Shown in pieces: positions 26,621-38,233 of a stretch of DNA of 64,000 nucleotides (positions within the stretch are counted from its first letter, which is position 1; the number at the start of each line of letters is the position of its first letter). The notes below the pieces were generated by a model, which was not told the origin of the DNA, did no database searches, and saw only the letters and a list, made by a program, of their open reading frames with translations. Both the position numbers and the translations under genes were made by a program. Where the stretch lies: positions 36,396,001-36,460,000 of the forward strand of contig NC_086108.1 of assembly GCF_963921235.1 (NCBI RefSeq). The letters are read 5' to 3'. This DNA is from Mobula hypostoma. Lineage: Eukaryota.

Positions 26621-28199
26621 AATAAGAAATAAAGGAAGAATAAATAACATAAAAAAGATCTATTATGGCATACACCTCTCTTCGCTGAAACCACAAGCGG
26701 AAGAAACTTCCTTCTGTAGGAGTTAATTAAGTTGCTTTACATTCTTCTGTATTCCAGCAGATACTAGCCTAGCCAGTACAAACTTGATTGATTAGAAATG
26801 TTATACCTCACCTGCCTGTCATCTTGCACCTCTCCTCAGTACACTAATCTCCTCAGACTCCTTTCACAACACTTCCCTTTATATTGGCCATCTCTTCTCA
26901 CCATCCTGTCTTGATGTAGGGTTTTGACATCAGCTGTCAACAGTATCTTCTCCCCTCCACCCCCCCTCCCCACATGATGTTGTTCAACCAGCAGGTTGTT
27001 GATACAGCATGTAACTTTTAAATTAACCCACCTACATTGGATCTTCCTTGTGAAATATTTCTTTCTCATTGGGGCATATCTATACTGTACATCTGACAGT
27101 TTACAGTTGAAGTATGTACCATCTAGCTAGATCTGGATTTAAAAAAAAATTGTGATTATCTGTGCAGCGTTTTATATACACACAGGTGCTGTAAAGTCAT
27201 ACTTGTACTGTTGTATGCAAGGTTATTAAGTAAAATCTGTGTGATTTGATCTTACACAGAAGTCACCAGTATTTATTTTTGTCACTTAATACATGTCCAA
27301 TGACCCAATGTGTCTTTGAGGCAGATGTTTTATGTAGATTATGATTTTAAAAATCCCATCTAGATCTCCATCTCCAGAGCTGGATGTTCCTTTGTAATTA
27401 TGTAAACAGGAAATCTGATTGGTCAGTGTAGGAAAAATTGAAAGCTTTGAATAATGTGTCATCATCCATATGTGAGCAAGTAACTCCACGATGACCATGT
27501 ATACACAGCACTAAAGGAGGAAATACTAACGCCTGTCCTGTTTTGAAGTTGTACAAAACATGCATTGGTGCTTCCCAAACCTTACAGAGCTCTCTTTCCA
27601 AGCACACGTTATGACTTGTAGGATAATTATTACTGTGCCAGGCATATCAGATGGCTTATGATAATTTTGGGGATGTTGGGTTCCTATCAGTGGACCTGTG
27701 AATTTATACAGAAAGATACAGATATGGAGTAAGGATCAAAGTCCAGCATCACTCCATGCCCAAATTCTATCAGAGCGTGTTTCCTCATTTTCCTTTCTTT
27801 ATAGAATTGTTTCTAAAGATCAAGGCAGATAAAGCAAATAAAGAAAAACTCTCTTCGCTGGCAAGTAGATTGATAACCAGAGCATAATTTCAGATAATCT
27901 GAAAAATAACCAGAGGGAGAATTTTCACATACTACAGAAGAAGTCATTTATATCTAGAATACACTACTTCAAAGGTGATGGAAGTAGAGTAAATCGTAGC
28001 TTTCAAGAGGGAATACTCGAAATAAAAAATATTTGTGTGGTTATGGGAAGCTGGCAAGTGAGAGAGATTAGTTAGATCTTTGTCAAAGAACCAGGCATGA
28101 TTTATCAAAACGGACATCTGTGCTAAAAAAAATCCATGAAAACTATTATTCTTGCCCCTAATATCTGACTGAAAAAAGTTTTGTTTTTTTAACAACTTC

Positions 28200-29760
28200 C
28201 ACTATTTTTTAATCAAGTCATCCAATGTCATCAAGGTAGACTGCCCAAGTAGACCCATTGTTTCTGCCTGCTCCTGTCCCACTGAACTTACGTCTGCATT
28301 CCTCAACTGTGTTTTAACCCAACCCCCTCCCCGAATCCTGGTTTAGACCCTTCCTATCTCCGTTCGTGACACTTCATACACTTTTGATCTTTTCAGTGAC
28401 TTTTAAGTTCCCTGGTCCAGATCGTCTCATTTTCACTATGGATGTCCAGTCCTTATATACCTCCATCCCCCATCAAGAAGGCCCTAAAGCTCTTTGCTTC
28501 TTTCTGGACAACAGACCAACCAGTTCCCCTCTACCTCCACTCTCCTCTGTCTCGTGGAATGAGTCCTCACCGTCAATAATTTCTCCTTTGGATCCTCCCA
28601 CTTCCTTCAAACCAAACCATGGGCACTCGCATGGGTCCCAGCTATGCCTGCCTTTTCGTCAGCTACATGAAGCCTACGCCGGTATCACTCCCCAACTCTT
28701 CCTATGCTACATCGATGACTGCATTGGCACTGCTTCCTGCACCCATGCTGACTGATCTCACTTATTTCATCAACTTTGCCCCCAACTTCCACCCTACCAT
28801 CACATTTTCTTGGTCCATTTCCGGCACATCTCTCTCCTTTCTTGATCTCTCTGTCTCCATTTCTGGACACAGTCTATCCACTACTATCTTTTACAAACTC
28901 ACCGACTCTCACAGCTATCTGAATTATACCTCTTTCCACCCTGACACTTGTAAAAATGCGATCCCCTTCTCTCAGTTCCTCCGTCTCCGCTGCATCTGCT
29001 CTCAGGATTCATTCAGAACAACTGAGCCATCCTCCTTCAAAGAAAGGGTCTTCCTTTCCTCCCCTGTCAACGCTGCCCTCACCCGCATCTCTTACACTTC
29101 GTGCACATCTGTCCTCACCCCCTGCTCCCACCGCCACACCAAGAATAGAGTTCCTCTTGTCCTCACCCACCATCCCACCAACCCCTGCTTCCCGCAGGTA
29201 ATTCTCCATCACTTCTGCCATCTCCAACGGGATCCAACCACCAAGCACATCTTTCCCTCTCCCCCACATTCCGCTTTCTGCAGGGATCACTCCATACGCG
29301 ACTCCCTTGTCCACTTTGTCTCTCCCTACTGATCTCCCTCCTGCTACTTATCCTTGCAAGCAGAGCAAGTGCCATACCTGCCCCTACATCTCCTCACTTA
29401 CTACCATTTAGTGCCCCAAGCAGCCCTTCCAGGTGAGGTGAAACTCACCTTACCTGCGAGTCTGTTGGAGTCATCTTCTGTATCTGATGCTCCTGGTGTG
29501 AGCTCCTGTATATCAGTGAGCCCCAACATAGATCGGGAGACCACTTCACTGAGCACCTTTGTTCCATCCACCACAAAAAAGCAGGATCTCTCAGTGGCTA
29601 CCCATTTCAGTTCTACTTCCCATTTCCACTCCGTGGTCTCCTCTACTGCCAGGATGAGGCTACACCTTGGTTGGAGGAGCAACACCTTATATTCCATGTG
29701 GGTAGCCTCCATCTTGAACATCGAATTTTCGAACTACCTTTAATTGCCCCCCCCCCCCCA
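28200..29760 (+). mobile_element. Penelope-like retroelement (RT + GIY-YIG), frameshifted
   Basis: Motifs FTMDVQSLYTSIPHQEG, MGTRMGPSYACLF, YIDDCIG, FLDL, YKLTDSHSYL, AIPFSQFLRLRCICS and LEEQHLIF. Confidence 0.92.
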
Positions 29761-30704
29761 CATTCCCCTTCCCGTTTCCCTTGTGCTATATGTGACTGTT
29801 GGAGCTGTGTTTTGAATCTTGGCTCCAGAGGAACACTATTTTGTTTGGCTGTATTCATGTGTATGGTTGCATAACATTAAACTTGAACTTGATTTAAAAC
29901 AGAGAATATTAGAAATACACAGGTAGGCAACCTCTTTGAAGAAGGAGGCAATTAATCTTTTGGTCGTGATGTCACCACTTTTAGTAGTTGCAGGTTCATG
30001 TTCATAAGCAAAATATTTATGTTCAAAGAACATTTCATCCAGTGGATGTTTTCTTTAAAATATTCTGCTACCTAATTAATATCTCCTCATTTAAATCTTA
30101 AATCTAAAACCTTAAAATATTAAATTGAATAGGCTCTCCTGTTACTTTTAATCGGTTATCGTACAAAATTATGTTTTGAAAGTATTATGGAACTGGGTAT
30201 GATTAGTCCTCCATTTTTAACAGTGTTACAAATTCTTTGCTCAAGCAATGTTGCTAAAATATCTCTGTAGCAAATTTATTTGATTTGCATTTTTTAAAAG
30301 CAATTTAGTAAACAGTTCAGTCATAATCTAAAATATATAATATTTAATTTCTAAACTAGAGTTTTCAGAAAGTGCAATTTCATTGCTCTAGTGCAGCATA
30401 TGAGAGACTTCGCTTCTTTTGAAAACACTCGGCACAATGCATCAACCATGATTTGTTTTCTGTGCTTTGCATTAGGGTATGTTAATTGAAGGCCATGCTG
30501 CAGTTTTACACCACAGCATGGATCATTCCCATTGCAATTGAAATTCTTGGTGTTTGGCAAAGAATCTGAGACCGAATTGTTGTGTTAATTTACCCAGTCT
30601 CATTGGTGCATAATTTGGAGCATATTGCTTTGACCCATCAGGGGAAATCAAATTTAGCATTGAAATGACCTGGAGTGCAAGAGTCTGTGGCTTGCTTAAT
30701 TATA

Positions 30705-31815
30705 AGACCACAAGAACAGAATTAGGCCATTCAGCCAGTCGAATCTGATATGCTATTCCATCGTGGCTGATTTGTTATCTCTCTCCACCCCATTCTCCCA
30801 TTTTCTCTTCATAACCTTTGACACTTACTAATCAAAAATCACCAGCCTATGCATTAAGTATACCCAGTGACTTGGCCTTCACAGCCATCTGTGGCAATGA
30901 ATTCCACAAATTCACCATCTTTTGTCTGAAGTAATCCCTCCTTTTCTCTGTTCTAAAGGGACGTCCTTCTATTCTGAGGCTTTGCCCTTTGGTCCTTGCT
31001 TCTCCCACTGTTGAAAGCATCCTTTCCATGTCCACTCTATCCAGGGTCTTCCAATATTTGGTAGATTTCAATGAGATCCCCCTACATTCTTCTCTGCTCC
31101 AGAGACCACAGACCCAGAGCCATCACTCACCTGTGCCTTTATTCTTTCTACCAAAGTGCATGACCATGCACTTCCCTACCCTGTATTCCATCTGCCATTT
31201 CATTGTCCATTCTCTTAATCTCTCCAAATCCTTATACAGATTCTCTGCTTCCTCAACAGTACCTCCTCTTCCACCTGTCTTTGTATCATCCGCAAACCTG
31301 GCCAAAAAGCCATCAATTCCATTATTTAGAACAGTAACATATAATTTGAGAAGTAGCTGGCCCAATACTGGCCACTGGCAGCCAACTAGAAAAGGTCCCT
31401 TTTAACCCACTTTGCTTTCTGGCAGTCAGCCAATCTTCTATCTATGCTAGTAACTTCCCTGTAATACCACGGGCACTTATCTTGGGTGGCACCTTGTCAA
31501 AGGCCTCCTGAAAATCCAGGTAATTAAAGTCCACTGACTTTCCTTTCACTTTTCTGCCTGTTACTTCCTCAAAAAATTCTGTCAGATATCCCTTAATATC
31601 ATGCTGTTTCAGCCTATTTTATCATGTGCCTCCAAGTACCCCAAAACCACATCCTTAATAATAATGGACTCTAAAATCTAACCAACCAATGAAGTCAGGC
31701 TAGTTGTCCTGTAATTTCCTGTCTTATGTCTCCCTCCCTTCTTACAGAGTGGGATGACTTTGATGATTTTCTAATTGCATGGAACCATTCCACAACCTAA
31801 TGATTCTTGAAAGAT
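30705..31815 (-). mobile_element. CR1 LINE RT and 3' fragment with internal deletions
   Basis: ORFs 31123..31365 (ARFADDTK...WQMEY) and 30847..31071 (VNLWNSLP). Confidence 0.88.
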
Positions 31816-33664
31816 TCAGAATTTCTCCAACTTTATTTTGAGTTTCCTTTTATTAGCAGTAGGTTCCAGTGATGTCCCTCACCTGTGATCACTGATGTTC
31901 TGATTAACACAACAAGTTCATATTTTCTTTGGTAACTAATTTCTTTCAAAAAAATTCACCTAACATTGATTTGATATGAATGAAAATTATTACTGAAGAT
32001 GTACTTTTTTAAAAAAACTGATGTTGTTTATATCTGGACAATTCTAGACAGCCTGCAATTTTTATATCGGGAAATCTGCTTGGTTTGAAATGTGCTAGGT
32101 TAGACTACTTTAAGCATTTCCATAGCAATGAACCTAATGCAGAAGTATTACTAGTTGAAGCAAAAATAATTTAAAATATTAAGTGCTATGCTCAAATTTA
32201 TTGAACGCAAGCAAAAAGAAATTATGATGCATCCATAGGTAATGAGTTTTATTTTTGATACATGTACTAATTAGAGATGAAACTGGTGCTTTTATTTTGG
32301 AAGAGCCTTGACAGAAATACAAACCCATTTGAGGACTGTTTGAAAATTTAATGCTCTGCTCCATTGAATCACTGAACTAGAGACATTCAATTTTTTTGGA
32401 GGAGAAACAAATGAAAATGCAAAACTGATCAAGATGTGTTGTTGGAGTGTTCGTTTTGAGTTGCTCGTGCTCCATGAATTAAATAGTCTCGTTCTGTGTT
32501 GTCACTGAAGATGTGAGGTATAGAATTTGAACAATTAATTCAATCCTATTTATGAAATTTCTATAAACTGTTTCTACTTCCTTTATAGTATGGATTACTT
32601 ATAAGCAAGTAGTCTAGTTGAAACCTGTGACTTGAAGTTTGATCATTAGCTGTCTGGCTGGATCTCAGGATCACCCTTGCATGGTTGAGGAATTAGACCA
32701 TAAGACCATAAGGTACTGGAGCAGAATTGGGCCATTCAGCCCATCTAGCCTGCTTCACATTCAATCATGGATGACTTATTTTCTTTCTCATCCCCATTCT
32801 CCTGCCTTCTCACCATAACCTTGATGAAACAATTGTAATTAAGACAAAATATAAATTTTTCAGATTGGAATAAGAGAATACTTCTACAATTCAAAAATGC
32901 ACATATATTAGTTTTATAGTATTTAAAATGTTATGGTTGAAAAACAACTGAATTCAGATGTTTTGAAAATTGGTATATTTGAAACCTGAGCCAATTTTAA
33001 AACATGTCTTTCATTCATTTATCTATTTATTAGCTTTTTACATTTGTCCATAAGTATTTATTGGTTTGATAATAAGTATTGCTGTTATCCAATTCACATC
33101 AGCCAGGTCAGCAAGACTTCTTTGAAGTGAGTGTAATAATCATGTAATTTTTCTGTTACAACTTCCAGGCACAAATAATAGGAAGAGATGTGTAAAAGCA
33201 TTTGTGGGTGTTAATCCAATCTGAGCAATAGCAAGCTGTCATCTGCCATCTGTAAACGTAGTGAATACCAAGATACTTTAATCTGATGGATATGTTATTT
33301 TGTTACCCACCCTTTGGCTCCCTCTTTGGTATCACTGCAGAGATTTCTGCTTAACATTACTTAAGATGTAAAGAGTCACTTTTACCAACTGTTGTAATTC
33401 CACCCAGCTTTTGGTGTTTTTAACAAATGTTGCGAGAACCACTTTAGATAATGAAATCTATTTTTGAAAAAGCAGGTTTGTAATCAATTTATTCCATTGG
33501 AATGGACAAGATTTTGTTTTAACATTGAAGTCTACAATTTTGCCCTTTACATTTTATACAATTTGTGAAAATGTTTAACTTGTGAACTTCACTTTGAGGA
33601 AGAGGAATGTGTCCCCATCCCCTAAGTGAATAAGGTTATAACAGCTACAATACAACAATTCAAA

Positions 33665-33937
33665 AGTCTGGACTGATGCTTCAGACATGTGAACTCAAAT
33701 CCTGTGTAATAACGTGCATTTTAACTCAATTCATTGAATAAATTCTGTAACTAAAATGCTTAGATCAACACGTGACCACAAAATTTTGGGCTGTTATTTT
33801 TAAATCTCAACTTTTACTTTAGTATTCTTTAGGGAAGGAGACCTGACAACATTACTTCTTCTGGTCTCCAGAGACAGCAAATACTCAACACTTGGGGTGG
33901 GTAATAAATGCTGGTCGCATATCCCACAAATGAATAA
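33665..33937 (+). mobile_element. Old tRNA-derived SINE, decayed
   Basis: B-box-like gaactcaaatcc, internal ctttagggaaggagacctg and tail gggtaataaatgctgg...atcccacaaatgaataa, resembling a chondrichthyan SINE recalled from memory. Confidence 0.5.
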
Positions 33938-34645
33938 GTAGATTATCTTCAGGAACTGTGCTGCAGTTCGTGAACATTATGAGTTTTAAATGTCGATCAA
34001 ATCATGTAGCAAAGAGTGAAAGTTGACACTGCTCAGGTCAGAAGATTCAGTCTGTATGCGGGCGCAAAATACAAGCCTAAATAAAGTATATTGCTTTTTT
34101 TTGGAAGTGGGAGAGTCTGCCCTGTTAAGGAACAGGAATGAAGCTTGGCTTATGGGAGACATCAACATCAGGCACATTAGGCTCACCTGAAATACAAGGT
34201 AAAGAGTGCAATAGATGTATGCTCTTACCTCAGTCTGAATCTGATCATTGAAATATTTATTATCTCCTTATTTGCACATATTTTGAATGAACCTGACGGT
34301 TTGTCCTTTGACCAACTTGGATTCGTTTTATTTATTTATATCTACACCTGACACAGAAAACCTGATCAGTCAAACCTCAAGCTGTGCCTCACCTGTAAAG
34401 GTGGATTACCTGTTTATGAAGCTACCTAACCTATCCATACCTTCTGTCAACCAATAAGGTTTTGTGATCAATTTGATGCTTATGAGCTGAGTAGTGAATA
34501 TATTAAATTTTGATGTTTAGCACATAAGCCATTTAGACCACATAAGTGCTTTATATACCCATTACAAGAGAAGAATTGCTATTTGAAAATGGGGAGAAGA
34601 TGAAATTAAATGTGAACCTCTATAGCTAATAAAAAAAAATCAGTA

Positions 34646-36274
34646 CAGGTTTCCCCTGCCATCCGAAGGTAGAGCGTTCCTATGAAGCGGTTCGTAAGCC
34701 GAATTGTGGTAAAGCGAAGAAGCAATTACCATTTATTTATATGGGAAAAATTTGTGAGCGTTCGCAGACCCAAAAATAACCTACCAAATCATGCTAAGTA
34801 ACACATAAAACCTAAAATAACAGTAACATATAGTAAAAGCAGGAATGATATGATAAATACACAGCCTATATAAAGTAGAAATACTTTTCCACAATTATTA
34901 CTGCACTGTTCTCCGTAGCGAAAATCTCACGCAAGCGCCGTCGGCAGAAAATCTCACGCAAGCACTGTTGGCAAAAACATGGTGCAAGCACTCTTCAGTA
35001 ACCTTTAAGCTATGAAGCTGCCAAATCTTATCAAATAACACGTAAAAATACACAGCCTATATTAAGTAGAAATAATGTATGTACAGTGTAGTATCACTTA
35101 CTGGAATTGGTTCAGCGCCGAGCACACTGATGGTGGTGTGTTAGACTGGGTCGTCGCAGGTTGGGTGGTGCAGTGGACCCCACCCTCCGGGCACCGACCG
35201 ATACCGATCCGCAAAGCATGCAGGGGTGCAGCGGTAGCCGGGAGGCACACAGCGCATCTTTAAGAAAAAAGCCAAAATAAACATGCTAATTAATTAGGTG
35301 CTGCCCAGCACATAATTGTCGGCCCAGATCAGTGCCGATTTCCGATTGCATCGTCTCTGATCTGGGCCAACAATTACGTGTTGGGCGGCACCTAATTAAT
35401 TAGCATGTTTATTTCGGCTTTTTTCTTAAAGATGTGCTGTGTGTCTCCCGGCTACTGCTGCATTCTCCACGAATTGCGGGTTGGTGGGACACTGGGGTGT
35501 CATCTGGTCGTCTGTTTCCATTAGAACAGGTAGCTCATCTTCTCCTATGACTGCCTGCCTCGATGTGGAAGGTCGAGGTTCGTCGTCTGCTGTGGCTGAT
35601 GTGGAAGGCTTGCTTGACTGCTGAATCTCGCGCATTTTTCTATCATACAGTTCTTTGTAAGCACTCAAACCATCCTGCAAATATCCCCTAAACCTACATA
35701 CCCTTTCAAAATTAAGGTCGTACTTTATCATTGCAGCAAAAATCTCATGCAGTTGCTTCATGTTCAGTTCCTGGACGACTTCACTTTCGGTCCGTTTGCT
35801 ACTGCATTCGGTTTTGATTGTTATCCTTTCCTCTTCCAATTGCATCAGCTCTTCATCTATCAGTTCTTTTGGTCATGGGATGCAAAACCTCTTCAACATT
35901 ATGTTCGTCAGCTTCCACAAGCCAAACTAATTTTATTCTTACTTTGTTCACCACGATCGAAACGCTTAATTATGTCTAGTTTTACGCTAAGTGTAACACC
36001 CTTACGAGCTCTTTCAGGCTTTTCCAATACCATAGAACTCATCTTGCTAACGGCTGCTCACAGGCACGTGTTTAAGCAATGCCGGCTAGAATGCAGTTCC
36101 GAATCCGGGGGAGAGCGGCTGCTCGGGGCGCGCGGCGTGCTGATTTTTTCGCGCGCTGCCTTTTTTGTCGTAACAGTGAAATCACCTTCTGAAAGCGAAA
36201 ACAGGGTACTAATGTAGGTCTTTCGTAACAGTGAGGTTTTGTAAAGCGAACGCTCGAAAAGCGGGGGACACCTG
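34646..36274 (-). mobile_element. Tigger/pogo DNA transposon deletion derivative (retains start and C-terminus of transposase)
   Basis: Ends TA|CAGGTTTCCCCTGC ... GCGGGGGACACCTG|TA (TA duplication, imperfect TIRs). Minus strand encodes MSSMVLEKPERARKGVTLSVKLDIIKRFDRGE and the acidic C-terminal ORF 35426..35845. Same family as 20436-21613. Confidence 0.92.
35227..35462. repeat. Palindrome with 106-bp arms and a 24-nt spacer
   Basis: 35227-35332 is the reverse complement of 35357-35462, with 8 transitions and no indels by manual comparison. Confidence 0.95.
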
Positions 36275-36704
36275 TATATAAAACCACACAATCACGTTTG
36301 TTCATGATGATTTTTAAAGGGAATGGCAATACAAATGATTCTTTAAGATGCAAGGAAGAAACAGTCTTCGCATCATGTATAATTCGGTGATAGTTTATAT
36401 TGAATGTAATGTTTTTTTTTCCTTCTTTTCTGATTCTGATACATCTCTTGTTAACAGGTCTTACTACTTATTTATGAACCATTTTATTGGAAGCCAGTAG
36501 TTGTGTGTTTTGTCCATTTCTTGAAATAAAAAAAAGCAGAATTTTCCTGAATGTTGAACCACTGATTCCTGGTAATCCATGTGGAAAGAGAACAAACCAC
36601 AGCAGCTGAGTTAAAAGTAATCCAACTTCACTTAGTGTCTTTAGAAAAATGAACTGACATCTACAGCGTAGAGCTTTGTAAGATTTTAAAAGATTGAAAA
36701 GATT

Positions 36705-36965
36705 AAAGATTAGCTCTGTTTGTCACGTGTACAGTGAAATGTGTTGTTTGTGTTAACAACCAACACAGTTCAAGATGTGCTGGGGGCAGCTTGCAAGTGT
36801 TGCCGTCCTTCAGGCACCAATGTAGCATGCCCCCAACTTACTAACTATAATGTGTACATCGTTAGAATGTGTGAGGAAACCCACGTAGTTACGGGGAGTA
36901 TGTACAGACAATGACAAGGCTTGGACACAGTTGGTACTGTAAAGCGTTACTTGCAAGCACTTCAC
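36705..36965 (-). mobile_element. V-SINE variant with a non-CR1 tail
   Basis: Partial V-domain (gtgggtttcctcacacattctaacgatgtac). The tail is shared with 39680-39790. Confidence 0.6.
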
Positions 36966-37070
36966 CACCAGGAACAAACTTTTATTGCTAGAAATCTAAT
37001 AGCTTTCAGGAATGGTAATGTACTGAATATCTCAATTCAACATGCCGACTCTGACAAATGCAGACATAAA

Positions 37071-37652
37071 CAGACAGCCCACCTCTCCCGGAAGTTCCGG
37101 GAGTCTCCCGCATATTAATAGTGGCTCCCTGATGCCTGCAAATTATATACAATGTCCCAGAAATTGATTTTTTTGAGAGTGAGCGTCAGAGAACACGCGA
37201 GAAAGAGCGAGAGAGTGAGCACAAGAGTAAGAAATCAAGCGCGAGTGAGAGAGAGAGCGAGCGCGAGTGAGAGCGACCACGAGCGAGAGAGCAAGAGAGT
37301 TCCCAAAAAAGTCAGAGTGGCAGAGTGTTCCAAAAAAAAATATAAAACGTACGTCACCCCAGACTACACTAAAGTGTACCCCTGCCTAATAGAGGTCAAA
37401 ATAATGACAGTGTTGCTCAGTGCACTGTTTGCAACAATGACTTTTCTATTGCCCATGGTACAAGACATGTTGAGGTGAGTTTAACAGGTGTCATTCGTTC
37501 ATTAGCATAGCTAACGTTATTTAATCTAGCTGGCTAGCTGCTAAGGAGCTACTCTATTGCAGACATCCCACCTCTCCCGGAAGTTCCGGGAGTCTCCTGC
37601 AAATTGATGGTGCTACCTCCCTGAAATGAGTTTTTGCAGGGTGGGATGTCTG
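37071..37652 (+). mobile_element. hAT-like DNA transposon derivative with duplicated left end and a zinc-finger transposase fragment
   Basis: TIRs cagaca(g/t)cccacc and ggtgggatgtctg, flanked by cataaa on both sides. Internal peptide KYKTYVTPDYTKVYPCL/(frameshift)NNDSVAQCTVCNNDFSIAHGTRHVE followed by gtgagt. Confidence 0.75.
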
Positions 37653-38048
37653 CATAAAATTGGTAGTAAAATTATTGCCTGATAGAGATTGTTGGATGGG
37701 CTAGTGAGTTTAGTATACAGACATTCCAGGTTTAAGTTAGAAGCCTGATTTGAATTGGCCCTAACTGTTCCAAATCTTGTAAAATTTAATTCATATTCCT
37801 TAAAATAGGACCATGTAAAATCACAGTATCTCAATATCTGCTTCATGTTGACAAAGCAAGTTATTTAGAGTTACCACAATATGATATACTGTGAAATGAG
37901 GTGTACTTTAAAAATAATTTCACACACTTGTGCTAGTAATAAGATTTTTGAAAGTGTGCCCATTACCTCTTTAAAAATTAAAAACCTTTGTCACGTTTTA
38001 GCTTTCCAAAATTCTTTTAACAGACATAGGGAACACCAGCTATAGTCA

Positions 38049-38233
38049 TAAACACAAAATAATCTGCAGATGCTGGGATCAAAGCAACACTCACAGTGCG
38101 CTGGAGGAACTCAGCAGGGCGGGTAGCATCAGTTGAAACGATGAGTTGACGTTTCGGGCCGGAACCCTTCATCAGGACTGAAGAATGAAGGAGGGGGAAG
38201 GATTTGAAGAATGCTTGTAGGTTCGATGGTTTG
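38049..38233 (-). mobile_element. 185-bp Penelope-terminus-derived insertion with a 14-bp target-site duplication
   Basis: accagctatagtca at both 38035-38048 and 38234-38247. The insert carries the PLE-type terminus ctgctgagttcctccagc...ccagcatctgcaga. Confidence 0.88.
38143..38180 (-). ncRNA. Minimal type I hammerhead ribozyme motif (Penelope-associated)
   Basis: Minus strand: cagtc CUGAUGA A GGGU-UCCG-GCCC GAAA CGUC aactc. Core nucleotides are intact; helix I is only partly paired. Confidence 0.7.

Noticed and set aside
37152..37478. 108-aa Arg/Glu/Ser-rich ORF as a host gene
   Set aside because: It reads through a GA-rich tract inside the hAT-like element; only a short stretch resembles transposase.
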